A stretch of 64,000 nucleotides of DNA from Candidatus Hydrogenedentota bacterium (GTDB lineage Bacteria; Hydrogenedentota; Hydrogenedentia; Hydrogenedentales; JAEUWI01): assembly GCA_034669905.1 (NCBI GenBank), contig JAXMOL010000005.1, positions 134,218-198,217 of the forward strand. The letters run 5' to 3'. Position numbers and translations under genes: made by a program. Shown piece after piece: positions 1-9,952 of this stretch. The notes under the pieces are model-generated. The model made no database searches, was not told the DNA's origin, and was given only the letters and a program-made list of their open reading frames with translations. The first letter of the stretch is position 1. Every line of letters begins with the position of its first letter.

Positions 1-1381
1 AGGCCTTGTCGAAGAAGTCATCCTTGAGTGCTTCTGCGGATGTGACGGACGTGATATCCCAGAGATAGCGGGAGGCCAGGTAATAGCCCAGTCCATTGGG
101 CCCCCAGTTCTCGCTGGACTCGGCGCTCAGAAACCGAGCGCCTTTGCCGTGGAATTCCGTGATTGTACGCCCCAGATAATCCGGTTTCGTGCCCCGCGCC
201 ACTCCCGGTAGATCATGGTCCCAAGGGAAGACGCTGTAGTATTCCCGAATCCCCAGGGTGGCACCTTGGGCGGACCACCCGGCGACGATTTCTTCCAACG
301 TATATCCCCCGCGCAGGAACGCGGTCGCGACGCTGACCACAACCTGGGGATGTACCCGAATCGTGGGCGGTGGCGAGTGGTAATTGTAGGCATACATGCC
401 CACCAGTCGGGTACGCCCCGGCTCCTGAATGGCTTCCGCGACCGTGTTCGCCAAAAAGACCGCCCGGTCACTCACGCTCCCCATTTCTACGCACGGCCCG
501 CATTCGCACCAGTTACCGCCATCGCTGGGATCCATGGAGATGCTCTCTCGCTCCGGGTCTTTGGCGAAGACATCCAGCGCGTATTCAACGACCCGCTGCC
601 GCAGGGCTTCGTTGCTGATGCAAAACTTCCCATGGGCTTTTACCTGCCGTTCGCCGTTTACCAGCGCGAAAAACTCGGGGTGGGCATCGAAACTCTCCTG
701 GCAGGCGCGAATAATACGGCCATAGGCGTGGCCCGTATCCAACGAGATACTTCCCCCCATGCGATTCCGTTCACACCAGTCCTCATAGGCCCCTTTGTTT
801 TCTTTCCAGATGCCATAGCCATACCAGATGCGCCGATTCAGGTAGTCGGGTGCCGTATCGATGGCTACGTCCAGCCGAAGGGTAGGTTGATGGGGCACGA
901 TCTCCCAGGTCTCCCCGGGAAAAAACTGACGGTAGCCCAGTTCATGGAGCACGGCCCACACGGCATGGCGCACCGCCTTCGGCGTGGCACCGATGACCCA
1001 CAACCCATTCTCATGAGAACGAATCCAGTATCGTTCCCGCTCGGCGATACCGTCCTCCCATGCCCCGAGCTCCACGCTCTCCGCTGGCATGCCCTCGCGG
1101 GTAGCTACCACGATGCCCCCTGACAAGTCCCCCGTTTCGACGGAAAAGGGCGCGCCGCTAATACGCTGCAGATATTCGGCGAGCACGTCGGCCGATGCGC
1201 GCACCGATGCATCGGCATCGGGAGACACGTGAATTGGAAACTTGCTGCCCCCTTCGTCGCTCAGCACGACGGGTACTCCCCATGCGCCCCCGCCAAGCAG
1301 CATAGTCCCGATTAAGAGGGCGACAACACGTTGGCCATCCCGAATGAACCGGGGCCCTGGCTTGTATGTAGCTTCAGTCAC
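1..1381 (-). CDS. Secreted DUF4838-like protein (glycoside-hydrolase-associated), 3' end runs off the window
   Basis: Absent from the ORF track because there is no stop in the window. Hand translation gives a signal-like N-terminus and the motifs HELGYRQFFPG, HPEFFALVNGER, FCISNEALRQ, SMDPSDGGNWCEC, YAYNYHSPPP and NWGPNGLGYYLASRYLWD. GTG start at 1381 behind GGAGAG; alternative ATG at 1303. Confidence 0.75.
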   Translation of the reverse strand, partial: MTEATYKPGPRFIRDGQRVVALLIGTMLLGGGAWGVPVVLSDEGGSKFPIHVSPDADASVRASADVLAEYLQRISGAPFSVETGDLSGGIVVATREGMPAESVELGAWEDGIAERERYWIRSHENGLWVIGATPKAVRHAVWAVLHELGYRQFFPGETWEIVPHQPTLRLDVAIDTAPDYLNRRIWYGYGIWKENKGAYEDWCERNRMGGSISLDTGHAYGRIIRACQESFDAHPEFFALVNGERQVKAHGKFCISNEALRQRVVEYALDVFAKDPERESISMDPSDGGNWCECGPCVEMGSVSDRAVFLANTVAEAIQEPGRTRLVGMYAYNYHSPPPTIRVHPQVVVSVATAFLRGGYTLEEIVAGWSAQGATLGIREYYSVFPWDHDLPGVARGTKPDYLGRTITEFHGKGARFLSAESSENWGPNGLGYYLASRYLWDITSVTSAEALKDDFFDKA

Positions 1382-1457
1382 TTTGTATGCTCTCCCTGAC
1401 GCCTGCACGAGTGGTGCGGCTGTTCACCGACTATTCTTGCCTGGAAGGATGCCACGA

Positions 1458-2813
1458 ATGATTAACGATGTGCTGCAAAACAAGTGGGTTCGCGCGGTGG
1501 CGCTCCTGGGGGCCCTGATCGGCCTGGTAATCGTCGGCTATCTCCTGAGCGCGGTGTTGGTGCCCCTCTTCCTGGCCTTTATCGTAGCCTACATCTTTGA
1601 CCCGGTCATCGACAAGATTGAAACCTATAAAATCTCTCGCGTGGGGGCCATTGTGACCTTGGTCGGCGGCATTGTGCTGGCGGCAATTATCCTGCCACTC
1701 ATCATCTTGTCGAGCGTAAGCCGGCAGGCCGATGAAATGATGGACAACACCGCGAAAAGCGCCGCTTCAGGCGATGAAGAAGATGAGGAAGCGCTACGAT
1801 TCCGCACAAAGGTCGCGAACAAGGTGGAAGATTGGTTTGCCCTGGACAGCATGGTGTTGGCCCTGGGGTGGGCGGGCGAGGCTGACCTGACCCATCAATC
1901 GCTCCCAAAGGGGGATGACACCGACGGGGCGGGCGAGGCCGTTGAAGAGGGCGAGCGGGCCGTCTCGGATACGGCGGGCACGGCGGAGGAAACAAGCGGC
2001 GACCAATCCGCAGCCGGGAGAGCAAGCACGGTACGGGATTTGGATTCGCTGGGGATTATTCGTCACAAAATCGGCGAGAAAATCACCCAGAACACGGACC
2101 AGTTGATTCAATCCTTCTTTCCTGAGTGGAAAACGGCCAGCACCTCGGCCCTGCGCATGATGCGGGCACTGGGCGACATGTTCCTCAGCACCTTCCTTTT
2201 CGTCGGTAACTTTGTGCTCTTCGCCTTCGTCGCCATCTACCTCTTAAAAGACTACGACCACATCGTTGCCCATGGGGATAGCCTGGTACCCCACCGTTAT
2301 CGCTTAAAGGTGCGGGATATCATGGGACGTATCGACCGGCAGCTGCGGTCTTTCCTGCGAGGACAGTTCATGGTCTGTTGCTGCCTGGGCACCATGTATG
2401 CTATCGGACTGAGTATTGCCGGGGCCCCCTTCGCCCTCCTGCTCGCCCTCTTCGGAGCCATTGCAAGCTTCGTCCCCTACCTTGGGCTCGTCTTGACCAT
2501 CGGTCCGGCCGTCATCCTGACTGTTTTTTACTACAGCGGGATCGACTGGCACCTGGCCGGGGTATTAATCACCTTCGCCGTGGCCCAGTTCCTGGAAGGG
2601 AATTTCCTGACCCCCAAGATTGTCGGGTCCCAGGTCGGACTTGGCCCGGTGTGGGTCATTCTGGCCATCATGATCTTCAGCAGCACGCTCGGTTTCATCG
2701 GCTTACTGCTGGCCGTGCCCATCGCGGCGGTGTTGAAGGTCCTGGCCGAAGAAGGATTGCGACTCTACCGGTCGTCTGATTTCTACTCCGAGGACGGCGC
2801 GGGATCCGCTTGA
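1458..2813 (+). CDS. AI-2E (PerM/UPF0118) family transporter with an acidic insertion
   Basis: Family-like segments PLFLAFIVAYIFDP, LRSFLRGQ, FVPYLG, QFLEGNFLTPKIVG and GFIGLLLAVP. Start trimmed to the ATG downstream of GGAAGG. Confidence 0.9.
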   Translation: MINDVLQNKWVRAVALLGALIGLVIVGYLLSAVLVPLFLAFIVAYIFDPVIDKIETYKISRVGAIVTLVGGIVLAAIILPLIILSSVSRQADEMMDNTAKSAASGDEEDEEALRFRTKVANKVEDWFALDSMVLALGWAGEADLTHQSLPKGDDTDGAGEAVEEGERAVSDTAGTAEETSGDQSAAGRASTVRDLDSLGIIRHKIGEKITQNTDQLIQSFFPEWKTASTSALRMMRALGDMFLSTFLFVGNFVLFAFVAIYLLKDYDHIVAHGDSLVPHRYRLKVRDIMGRIDRQLRSFLRGQFMVCCCLGTMYAIGLSIAGAPFALLLALFGAIASFVPYLGLVLTIGPAVILTVFYYSGIDWHLAGVLITFAVAQFLEGNFLTPKIVGSQVGLGPVWVILAIMIFSSTLGFIGLLLAVPIAAVLKVLAEEGLRLYRSSDFYSEDGAGSA

Positions 2814-3694
2814 TGGGCGCTATCGCCCCCCACTTCTTCCGGGGCACTATGGTCCACGTGGATATTCCGTCCCCGACGAAAGAGCAGGTGGTAGAGCGTG
2901 TCACCGATACCGTAGAGCACATAGGCTGCCCCGAGGGGGAAGAGTACCGTACTCGGGGATTTACTGACCGCATAGTGAATCGCCACAATGGCGAGGGCGT
3001 ACATACCCAAGGCAAAGAATGCCCGACGCGGTGCCAGCACAAAGGATTTCATTTTGTTCTTGGGATAGCGCACCGTGCTCACCATGAGAAAGGCACAGAG
3101 CACCGCCATGGGTCCCAGCAGGTAGTAGGCCAGCGGACCGAGATTGTAGGTCTCGAGCTTGTCTTCAAAATAGCTTAAGAACAATACAAAAGCCGCCAAC
3201 GTACCCCCGGCGGCCGGTGAGGGCAATCCCGTAAAATAATCCGTGCGTTCGGCCTGGAAGGTGTTGAATCGGGCCAGACGCAAGGCCGCACAAATGATGT
3301 ACACGATGGCCATGTAGGAGCCCGTACGACCAATAATCGATTCCTGGCTATCGGTCAGGGCCAGATGAAGCGTCGGGGCATCGGGCAGGTAGGATGTGAA
3401 GACCAGCACCCCCGGGGCCACGCCGAAGGTGACAATGTCACAAAGGCTGTCGAGTTCCTTGCCGAAGTCGGACGTACTCTTGGTGATACGCGCCACCGCA
3501 CCGTCGAGGGTGTCAAAGATAATCCCCACAAGGATAAAGATAGCCGCCTTGCCAAACTCCGCCCCGATACTCGCAAAAATACTGGCGATACCGCAGTAGA
3601 GATTCATGGTCGTCATGACCGACGCAAGCACGTTGATGGGCTTGCGGCGAATCAGATGGCGGCGTTTGTGGGTGCGAAAGCGCTTGATGTTCAT
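2783..3694 (-). CDS. pssA: CDP-diacylglycerol--serine O-phosphatidyltransferase
   Basis: CDP-alcohol phosphotransferase motif DTLDGAVAR...FGKELDSLCD, plus ALRLARFN and FTGLPSP. ATG overlaps the psd stop (ATGA). Confidence 0.92.
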   Translation of the reverse strand: MNIKRFRTHKRRHLIRRKPINVLASVMTTMNLYCGIASIFASIGAEFGKAAIFILVGIIFDTLDGAVARITKSTSDFGKELDSLCDIVTFGVAPGVLVFTSYLPDAPTLHLALTDSQESIIGRTGSYMAIVYIICAALRLARFNTFQAERTDYFTGLPSPAAGGTLAAFVLFLSYFEDKLETYNLGPLAYYLLGPMAVLCAFLMVSTVRYPKNKMKSFVLAPRRAFFALGMYALAIVAIHYAVSKSPSTVLFPLGAAYVLYGIGDTLYHLLFRRGRNIHVDHSAPEEVGGDSAHQADPAPSSE

Positions 3695-4335
3695 TGGAAT
3701 CGTGCCATGATGGTTGTGCCTGCGGCGACTTTCTGGCCCATCTCCACGGTGACTTCCGTGTGGGGTGGCAGATAGAGCTCCGTGCGAGAGCCGAATCGTA
3801 TCATACCAAATTTCTCGCCCTTGGCTAACACCACCCCTTCCGCGACCGGGCACACGATGCGCCGCGCCACGGCCCCGGAGATCTGACGAATGGTCATGGG
3901 CCCCCGCTCGGTGTCCATCCACACGGCGTTGGATTCATTCACTTTAGAGGTCTCGGCCAGCCGGGCATCTTTGAAGAGGCCCGGGGCATATTTTACGGCC
4001 GTGACGGTTCCGGAAAAAGGAGCCCGGTTCAGGTGGGCGTTAAACACCGAAAGAAAAATGGAAACCCGACGGCAGGGCCCTTCGTAGTGGGGCGACTCTT
4101 CGAGGTCTTCAATGGCCACAACGGTGCCGTCTGCGGGAGAGACCACTTCTTCGGGTGCGGCCGTTACTTCCCGATGAAAATCACGGAAAAACAGGGCCAT
4201 GCAGATGCCCAGAATCCCCAGGATTAGGGGGGCCACGGGGGCAAGCACGGGCACGAAGGCCGATGCGACGGCAATTACCAATACGGGGCCATAAAAGGGC
4301 AGGCCCTCTTTCCACCCATTGAAGGGTTTATTCAC
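3691..4335 (-). CDS. psd: Phosphatidylserine decarboxylase proenzyme (short type)
   Basis: FFRD, SPADG, SIFLSVFNAHLNRAP and the self-cleavage motif FGSRTE; adjacent to pssA. Confidence 0.93.
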   Translation of the reverse strand: MNKPFNGWKEGLPFYGPVLVIAVASAFVPVLAPVAPLILGILGICMALFFRDFHREVTAAPEEVVSPADGTVVAIEDLEESPHYEGPCRRVSIFLSVFNAHLNRAPFSGTVTAVKYAPGLFKDARLAETSKVNESNAVWMDTERGPMTIRQISGAVARRIVCPVAEGVVLAKGEKFGMIRFGSRTELYLPPHTEVTVEMGQKVAAGTTIMARFQ

Positions 4336-5033
4336 ATTAACTGCCTTTCTTTGAGGCTTACAAAACGTCCATCGCCAAAGACCACATGGTCCAGCAGCGA
4401 AATATTGAGAATCTCCCCCGCCTCGGCCAGTCGTTTCGTCAACGCCAAATCGGCCTGGCTCGGCTCGGGATTGCCGCTCGGATGATTATGGGCCACGATG
4501 ACGGACGTAGCCCCTTCACGAACGGCACGGCGAAACACATCACCGGGTGCCGCGAGGGTTTCATTCACGGAGCCACGGGAGACATCTTCCACCGCAATTA
4601 ATTCGTTTTTCGTATTCAGCAACACACTCTTAAAGTGTTCTGTCTCATACTCTTTGAACTGGTACATTAACAAATCTGCCACGTCCGCCGCACTACTAAT
4701 CTTTGTTTTGGGCCCGGCATTGTGGCGCGCCAGGCGCATTCCCAACTCCAACGCCGCCTTAAGTTCAATAGACTTTACCCGCCCGACCCCAGGCACCTGC
4801 TGCATTTCCTGAAGAGTTGCCCGGCCCAGACGCCGCAGATCCCGAAACTCGGCCAATAGCTGCTCCGCCAGCGCCACGGCGCCCATCGTCCGGGTGCCGG
4901 TCCGAAATAAGACCGCAATGAGCTCCGCATCCCGCAGGGCCTCGGGCCCCACCTGTTCCAGACGCTCCCGCGGGCGATCGGTTTCCGGCATTTCACGAAC
5001 GGAGGTATTGCGATAGGAAGGCAAAGAATCCAC
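4332..5033 (-). CDS. radC: RadC/UPF0758 JAB-domain protein
   Basis: DRPRERL, ELIAVLFRTG, HhH GVGRVK and JAB motif HNHPSGNPEPSQAD...LLDHVV. Start uncertain (GTG 5033, ATG 4991 or 5078). Confidence 0.9.
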   Translation of the reverse strand: MDSLPSYRNTSVREMPETDRPRERLEQVGPEALRDAELIAVLFRTGTRTMGAVALAEQLLAEFRDLRRLGRATLQEMQQVPGVGRVKSIELKAALELGMRLARHNAGPKTKISSAADVADLLMYQFKEYETEHFKSVLLNTKNELIAVEDVSRGSVNETLAAPGDVFRRAVREGATSVIVAHNHPSGNPEPSQADLALTKRLAEAGEILNISLLDHVVFGDGRFVSLKERQLM

Positions 5034-5114
5034 GGAGGGGCCCCTCTCTGCTTCAGGCTGCGCCCGCCCACCGGACACGCCATAGACCCCAACAGTGTAA
5101 CACCGTCAATTCCC

Positions 5115-5957
5115 TCAGGTCGACGCCGGAAAAACACCCTGGGCGATACGATCGTGTCCCGCCAAATCCTTCACTATCGCACAGTCCACAAAGCCGCGGT
5201 CGCGCAAGAGGCCCAAGACCGCCGCCCCCTGAGATTCTCCCATCTCCAGGGCGAGCAGGCCCCCCGGGAGCAACCAATCCGGCGCTTCCTGCACGATTCG
5301 GCGAATACAATCCAGGCCATCGGCACCGGAAAGCAGGGCGCCCGGGTCTTCATAGTTGCGGATATCGGGCGCGAGACCATCCCAGGTGGCCCTTTCCACA
5401 TAGGGAGGGTTCGACAAGATCACATGGAATGGGTCCGTGTCTGCGGGAAGGGCGTCAAACAGGTCCCCCTGAAAAACCGGGAGGCTTTGCTGATGACGGG
5501 CCCCGTTTGCCGTAGCAACCCGCACGGCCACGGGATGAATATCCGTGGCCAGCACCGTGGCTCCGGGTGCATGGCAGGCCATGGCGAGGGCGACGCAACC
5601 CGTACCCGTGCAGAGATCCAACACGCGTCCGGCAGCGGAAGGCACATGGGCCAACCCGATTTCGACGAGATGCTCGGTTTCAGGACGGGGAACAAGGAGG
5701 GGCGCTTCAATCGCCAAATCGAGTGAAAAGAATTCCCAGGCGCCCAAAATATAGGCCATAGGCTCGTGGGCGAGACGACGCGTGATCAGCGGTGCCAGTG
5801 ACGGCGCATCGACTTCCCCTTCCATCCGGGTGAGCAGCTGGGTCCGGCTCCACCCCATGACGTGCAACAAGAGTAACTCGGCCTCAAACGCGGGGCATTC
5901 GGTCACCCCTGCCAGGCGCTCCGCCACCGCATTCAGGGTGGCCCGGGCCGTAGGCAC
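5115..5957 (-). CDS. prmC: Release factor glutamine methyltransferase
   Basis: EPMAYILG, LVPRPETEHLV, LDLCTGTGC and SNPPY; directly after prfA. Confidence 0.95.
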   Translation of the reverse strand: MPTARATLNAVAERLAGVTECPAFEAELLLLHVMGWSRTQLLTRMEGEVDAPSLAPLITRRLAHEPMAYILGAWEFFSLDLAIEAPLLVPRPETEHLVEIGLAHVPSAAGRVLDLCTGTGCVALAMACHAPGATVLATDIHPVAVRVATANGARHQQSLPVFQGDLFDALPADTDPFHVILSNPPYVERATWDGLAPDIRNYEDPGALLSGADGLDCIRRIVQEAPDWLLPGGLLALEMGESQGAAVLGLLRDRGFVDCAIVKDLAGHDRIAQGVFPAST

Positions 5958-5959
5958 GA

Positions 5960-7039
5960 CTAGTCTTCCTGAAGCCGCGCGGCCCGATCGGCGGCAATGA
6001 GGGAATTGATCACCTCATCAAGCTCGCCCCCCGCCATCACGCGGTCCAGCGAACTGAGCGACAACTTGATTCGGTGGTCGGTCAGGCGGTTCTGAGGAAA
6101 GTTGTAGGTCCGGATGCGCTCGCTCCGATCCCCACTCCCCACCTGCGAACGACGTTCTTCGGAACGGGAATCGGCCTCCTCCTGTTGCTTGATGTCGAAG
6201 AGACGGGCACGCAGCACTTTCAGGGCCTTGGCCTTGTTCTTGTGCTGGGACTTTTCATCCTGACACGTAACGATCATGCCCGTCGGCTTATAGGTAATCC
6301 GGACAGCAGAGTCCGTGGTATTAACACTCTGACCACCTGGGCCAGAGCTTCGGTACACATCGAACTGAAGATCGTTCATGTCGAGGTTCAATTCGACCTC
6401 TTCCGCTTCGGGCATCACCGCGACGGTAACCGCCGACGTGTGCACCCGCCCCTGGGTTTCCGTATCGGGAACCCGTTGCACGCGGTGCACGCCGCCTTCA
6501 AACTTCATCTGGCTGTAGACCTGATCGCCGGTGATCTGGAACGAGATTTCCTTGTAGCCGCCTAACTCCGTGACGTTGGAGTTCATGACGTCAATCTTCC
6601 AGCCTTTTCGCTCCGTAAAGCGCGAGTACATACGGAAGAGATCGGCCACAAACAAGGCCGCCTCGTCGCCCCCGGTGCCCGCCCGGATTTCGACAATGGT
6701 ATTCTTATCATCGTTCGGATCTTTGGGCACCAGCAGGAAACGCAGCTCTTCTTCCAGCGGCTCCAACGTACGCTTAAGCTGGGCACGCTCTTCCTCGACC
6801 ATAGCCACCATTTCAGGATCGGTCTCGTCCTGCAACAGGACCTCGGCCTCTTTCAGGCCCGCCTCGGTCTGCTGATAGCGCTTGAAGCACGTGACCAATT
6901 CCGCAATGCGCGCATGCGCCTGGGCATGCTTCCGATAGGCTTCCGGATCAGACGCCACTTCCTGGGTGGACATGGCGGCGCTGAGCCGTTCGGACTCCTC
7001 TAGTACGGCGAGGAGCTTTTCACGCATTGATGGATCCAT
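5960..7039 (-). CDS. prfA: Peptide chain release factor 1
   Basis: GGQ motif (SSGPGGQSVNTTDSAVR), RF1-type PxT (RVPDTE) and RSERIRTYNFPQ. Confidence 0.97.
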   Translation of the reverse strand: MDPSMREKLLAVLEESERLSAAMSTQEVASDPEAYRKHAQAHARIAELVTCFKRYQQTEAGLKEAEVLLQDETDPEMVAMVEEERAQLKRTLEPLEEELRFLLVPKDPNDDKNTIVEIRAGTGGDEAALFVADLFRMYSRFTERKGWKIDVMNSNVTELGGYKEISFQITGDQVYSQMKFEGGVHRVQRVPDTETQGRVHTSAVTVAVMPEAEEVELNLDMNDLQFDVYRSSGPGGQSVNTTDSAVRITYKPTGMIVTCQDEKSQHKNKAKALKVLRARLFDIKQQEEADSRSEERRSQVGSGDRSERIRTYNFPQNRLTDHRIKLSLSSLDRVMAGGELDEVINSLIAADRAARLQED

Positions 7040-7147
7040 AGAGATGGTTTTCGCGCCTTAGAGTCGATGAAAAATCATGGCCAGAAAAAAGACAAACCGG
7101 AATTCTCGCAGCACGCGGCCACGATCCATCCGGTCTGACAACGTCCG

Positions 7148-7408
7148 TTAGTCTTTTTTCAGAACCCGTGCATACTTCTTCTGGAAGCGTTCCACACGGC
7201 CTTCACTATCCACGAAGGACTGTTTGCCCGTGTAGAAGGGGTGGGAGTGGCTGGAAATTTCCAGGGTGTAGAGGGGGTATTCCTTGCCGTCTTCCCAGGT
7301 AATGGTCTTGTCGGTCGAAACGGTGGAACGGGTGACCCAGGCCACATCTGCACCAACGTCTTTAAAGACAACTTCCCGGTACGTTTCGGGGTGAATGCCT
7401 TCTTTCAC
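7148..7408 (-). CDS. rpmE2: 50S ribosomal protein L31 type B (no Zn-binding Cys)
   Basis: [27 protein letters not shown] and [10 protein letters not shown]; 86 aa with no cysteines. Confidence 0.93.
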   Translation of the reverse strand: MKEGIHPETYREVVFKDVGADVAWVTRSTVSTDKTITWEDGKEYPLYTLEISSHSHPFYTGKQSFVDSEGRVERFQKKYARVLKKD

Positions 7409-7612
7409 GATAACATCTCCTAAACAACTTGATCTTCGCTAAAACAGGGGGTTCCCAAGTAATGACACACCCCATGTCGGCGACAAAGGTGGTCCGATAC
7501 AAAACGCAGTAGTGTACCAGTTGTGGGGGTGCCAAGGCAACTTTAGCCCAGAAAAAACACTACATCTACCCAATCGGTCGGCAGACCACCGCGGAATCAC
7601 GCCACGGGGCCA

Positions 7613-9136
7613 TCACGATTCCTTCGCGAAACTCTCCGAAAGGGCCAAATACTTGTTCATGGCATTCAAATAAGCGCCAACAGCCGCCTCGATAATATCG
7701 GTGCTGGCGCCGTTTCCCTTATAGGTCTTCTCGCCAAAACTGACGCTGACATAGGCCTCGCCCAGGGCATCTTTCCCCGGGGTCGTGGCCCGCACATCAA
7801 AACGCTCCAGACGGCCCGACACACCCACAATACGCTCTATGGCGTTGCAGGCCGCATGGACCGGACCATCCCCGATGGAAGTATCCGTGACGGATTCTTC
7901 CCCCTTGCGCAGGGTCACCAAGGCCATGGCCGGGTCATTACCTGACGTGCGCAGGTCGTCGAGGTGGTAGATCTCGAAGCTCTCGTTGTGGAGCGCCACA
8001 ATGAGCATGCGCAAATCGTCGTCGTAAACTTCTTTCTTCTTATCCGCCAGATCGATAAATTTCTCGTAGAGCGTCTTCAGCTCTGCTTCGTTCAATTTGT
8101 AACCAAGCTCTTCGCTGCGGCTGGCCAACCCGGCGCGGCCGGAATGTTTCCCCAGCACCAGCTCACTACGGCTTCGACCCACCGACTCGGGCGTCATGAT
8201 TTCGTAGGTCTGTCGGTTGGCAATCATGCCATGCTGATGAATACCCGATTCGTGGGCAAAGGCATTGCGGCCCACGATGGGCTTGTTGTAAGGGATGGTC
8301 AACCCCGTAATCTTGCTCAACAGGCTGCTCGAAGGGACGAGCTCCAGCGAATCAATGCCACATTCATAATCGTAGACGTCGTGCCGGGTCCGCATGGCCA
8401 TAACCACTTCTTCCAACGACGTATTACCCGCCCGCTCACCGATACCGCTGACGGTACACTCAATCTGGCGCGCTCCGCCCTGTACCGCGGCCAGGGCATT
8501 GGCCACAGCGAGACCAAGGTCGTTGTGGTTGTGGGAAGAAAAAACCACCTTGTCAGCGCCCGGCACATGGGCAATTACATGCTCAAACATGCCCCGGATT
8601 TCCGCTGGGGTCGTATAGCCCACCGTGTCGGGGAGGTTAATCACATCGGCACCGGCCTCGATGGCCACTTTGGTTACTTCTACCAGAAAGCCCCAATCCG
8701 AGCGGGTCGCATCCTCGGCCGAAAACTCCACGCGCTCCACCAGGTTCTTGGCGAGTGCGACAGCCTTCCCGGCGTTGTCGAGCACTTCCTGACGGCTCAT
8801 GCGGAGCTTATGCTCCAGATGGATATCGGACGTGGCGATGAAGGTATGGAGCACGGGGCGTCGGGCAGGCTCCAGGGCGCCGGCAGCGCGCTCAATATCG
8901 GCGGGCAAGGCCCGTGCCAGGGCCGCCACACGGGAGTTTTCCACATGTTGGGCGACCTTGCGCACCGCTTCAAACTCCTGGGTGGAGGCGATGGGGAAAC
9001 CTGCTTCGATAATATCCACGCCCAGCCGGTCCAACTGCTTGGCCATCTGCAGTTTTTCATGCTCATCCATGCTGGCACCGGGCGACTGCTCGCCATCCCG
9101 CAAGGTCGTATCAAAAATCTCTACACGCTCTGCCAT
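7613..9136 (-). CDS. leuA: 2-isopropylmalate synthase
   Basis: [52 protein letters not shown] and a C-terminal regulatory domain. Confidence 0.96.
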   Translation of the reverse strand: MAERVEIFDTTLRDGEQSPGASMDEHEKLQMAKQLDRLGVDIIEAGFPIASTQEFEAVRKVAQHVENSRVAALARALPADIERAAGALEPARRPVLHTFIATSDIHLEHKLRMSRQEVLDNAGKAVALAKNLVERVEFSAEDATRSDWGFLVEVTKVAIEAGADVINLPDTVGYTTPAEIRGMFEHVIAHVPGADKVVFSSHNHNDLGLAVANALAAVQGGARQIECTVSGIGERAGNTSLEEVVMAMRTRHDVYDYECGIDSLELVPSSSLLSKITGLTIPYNKPIVGRNAFAHESGIHQHGMIANRQTYEIMTPESVGRSRSELVLGKHSGRAGLASRSEELGYKLNEAELKTLYEKFIDLADKKKEVYDDDLRMLIVALHNESFEIYHLDDLRTSGNDPAMALVTLRKGEESVTDTSIGDGPVHAACNAIERIVGVSGRLERFDVRATTPGKDALGEAYVSVSFGEKTYKGNGASTDIIEAAVGAYLNAMNKYLALSESFAKES

Positions 9137-9368
9137 TACTGCAGTCTCTCCTGTACATGCCCACCTCCCGCTACACGAAGCGATGGGGCCAATTCGATCG
9201 GTGACGGGCCAACAACGTGGAATGTTGCGGCCCTCCCCATAGTATAGTTCCCTTTCCGCAGGCTAAGCAAAGTCGCACCCGAAAGGTTGGAAATAACCGG
9301 GCTGGCACCATCGCCCGGGCACCGTCCAAGGCATGCACTTTCCGAACAGGATTGGTATACTGGGCCCC

Positions 9369-9950
9369 ATGAAACACACCGACCACAAAGCCGTCCGCAG
9401 GGCCATTCTGGAAACCCTTTATACCGCCTATCTGGAAGACCCCCTCCGGATGGTGGAACCAGAACTACTCTTCGCCCAGCCCCCTATCGATCGGGAAAAC
9501 ATTATCCCCAACATCCACTACCTCTACGATCGTAAGCTGGTGGAAATGATGATGGGCTACACCCCGCCCATGTTCTCTGCCGTGCGGATAACAACCGCGG
9601 GCATTGATCTGGTGGAAGATCGGTACACCTTCAACCTCCAGTTTCCGGAACGCCCGGATGGCACAGGCGAAGCCGAAAGTGCTATCCCCTATCTGGTGGA
9701 GCAGTTGGTCGCTCAGGGCGATCTCACCCCCCTGGATGGCTGGACCCGAAAGCAGTTACTCGGTGACATCCAGTTTCTGCGCACAGAGCTTGCCCAACGC
9801 CGCAGCTACTGGCGGCCGGAAGTAATCCAGGCCTTGCTGGATTGGATTGAAGCTCGTCATGTGGAATCTGAGGGCGGACTACCGGCCCTGCCCCCCCTTC
9901 GCGCCGCCCTCGCCCGCACCCTGTCAGAACAGGCGCAACGGTCCCACTGA
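9369..9950 (+). CDS. Hypothetical protein, possible N-terminal winged-helix domain
   Basis: Coding-like ORF filling the gap. VRRAILETLY...NIHYLYDRKLVE...VRITTAGIDLVE resembles a wHTH. Confidence 0.6.
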   Translation: MKHTDHKAVRRAILETLYTAYLEDPLRMVEPELLFAQPPIDRENIIPNIHYLYDRKLVEMMMGYTPPMFSAVRITTAGIDLVEDRYTFNLQFPERPDGTGEAESAIPYLVEQLVAQGDLTPLDGWTRKQLLGDIQFLRTELAQRRSYWRPEVIQALLDWIEARHVESEGGLPALPPLRAALARTLSEQAQRSH

Positions 9951-9952
9951 AA

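Noticed and set aside
215..1123. 302-aa plus-strand ORF in the track
   Set aside because: Antisense shadow of the minus-strand DUF4838-like gene; no recognisable motifs.
4332..5033. radC as a marker of a mobile element
   Set aside because: It is the full-length chromosomal type embedded in a housekeeping operon, with no integrase or transposase nearby.
7557..7572. ACACTACATCTACCCA, partial NrdR-box resemblance upstream of rpmE2
   Set aside because: The right half lacks the conserved GTG, and there is no partner site.
9137..9300. Possible leucine attenuator upstream of leuA
   Set aside because: No Leu-rich leader peptide, T-box or terminator is visible.
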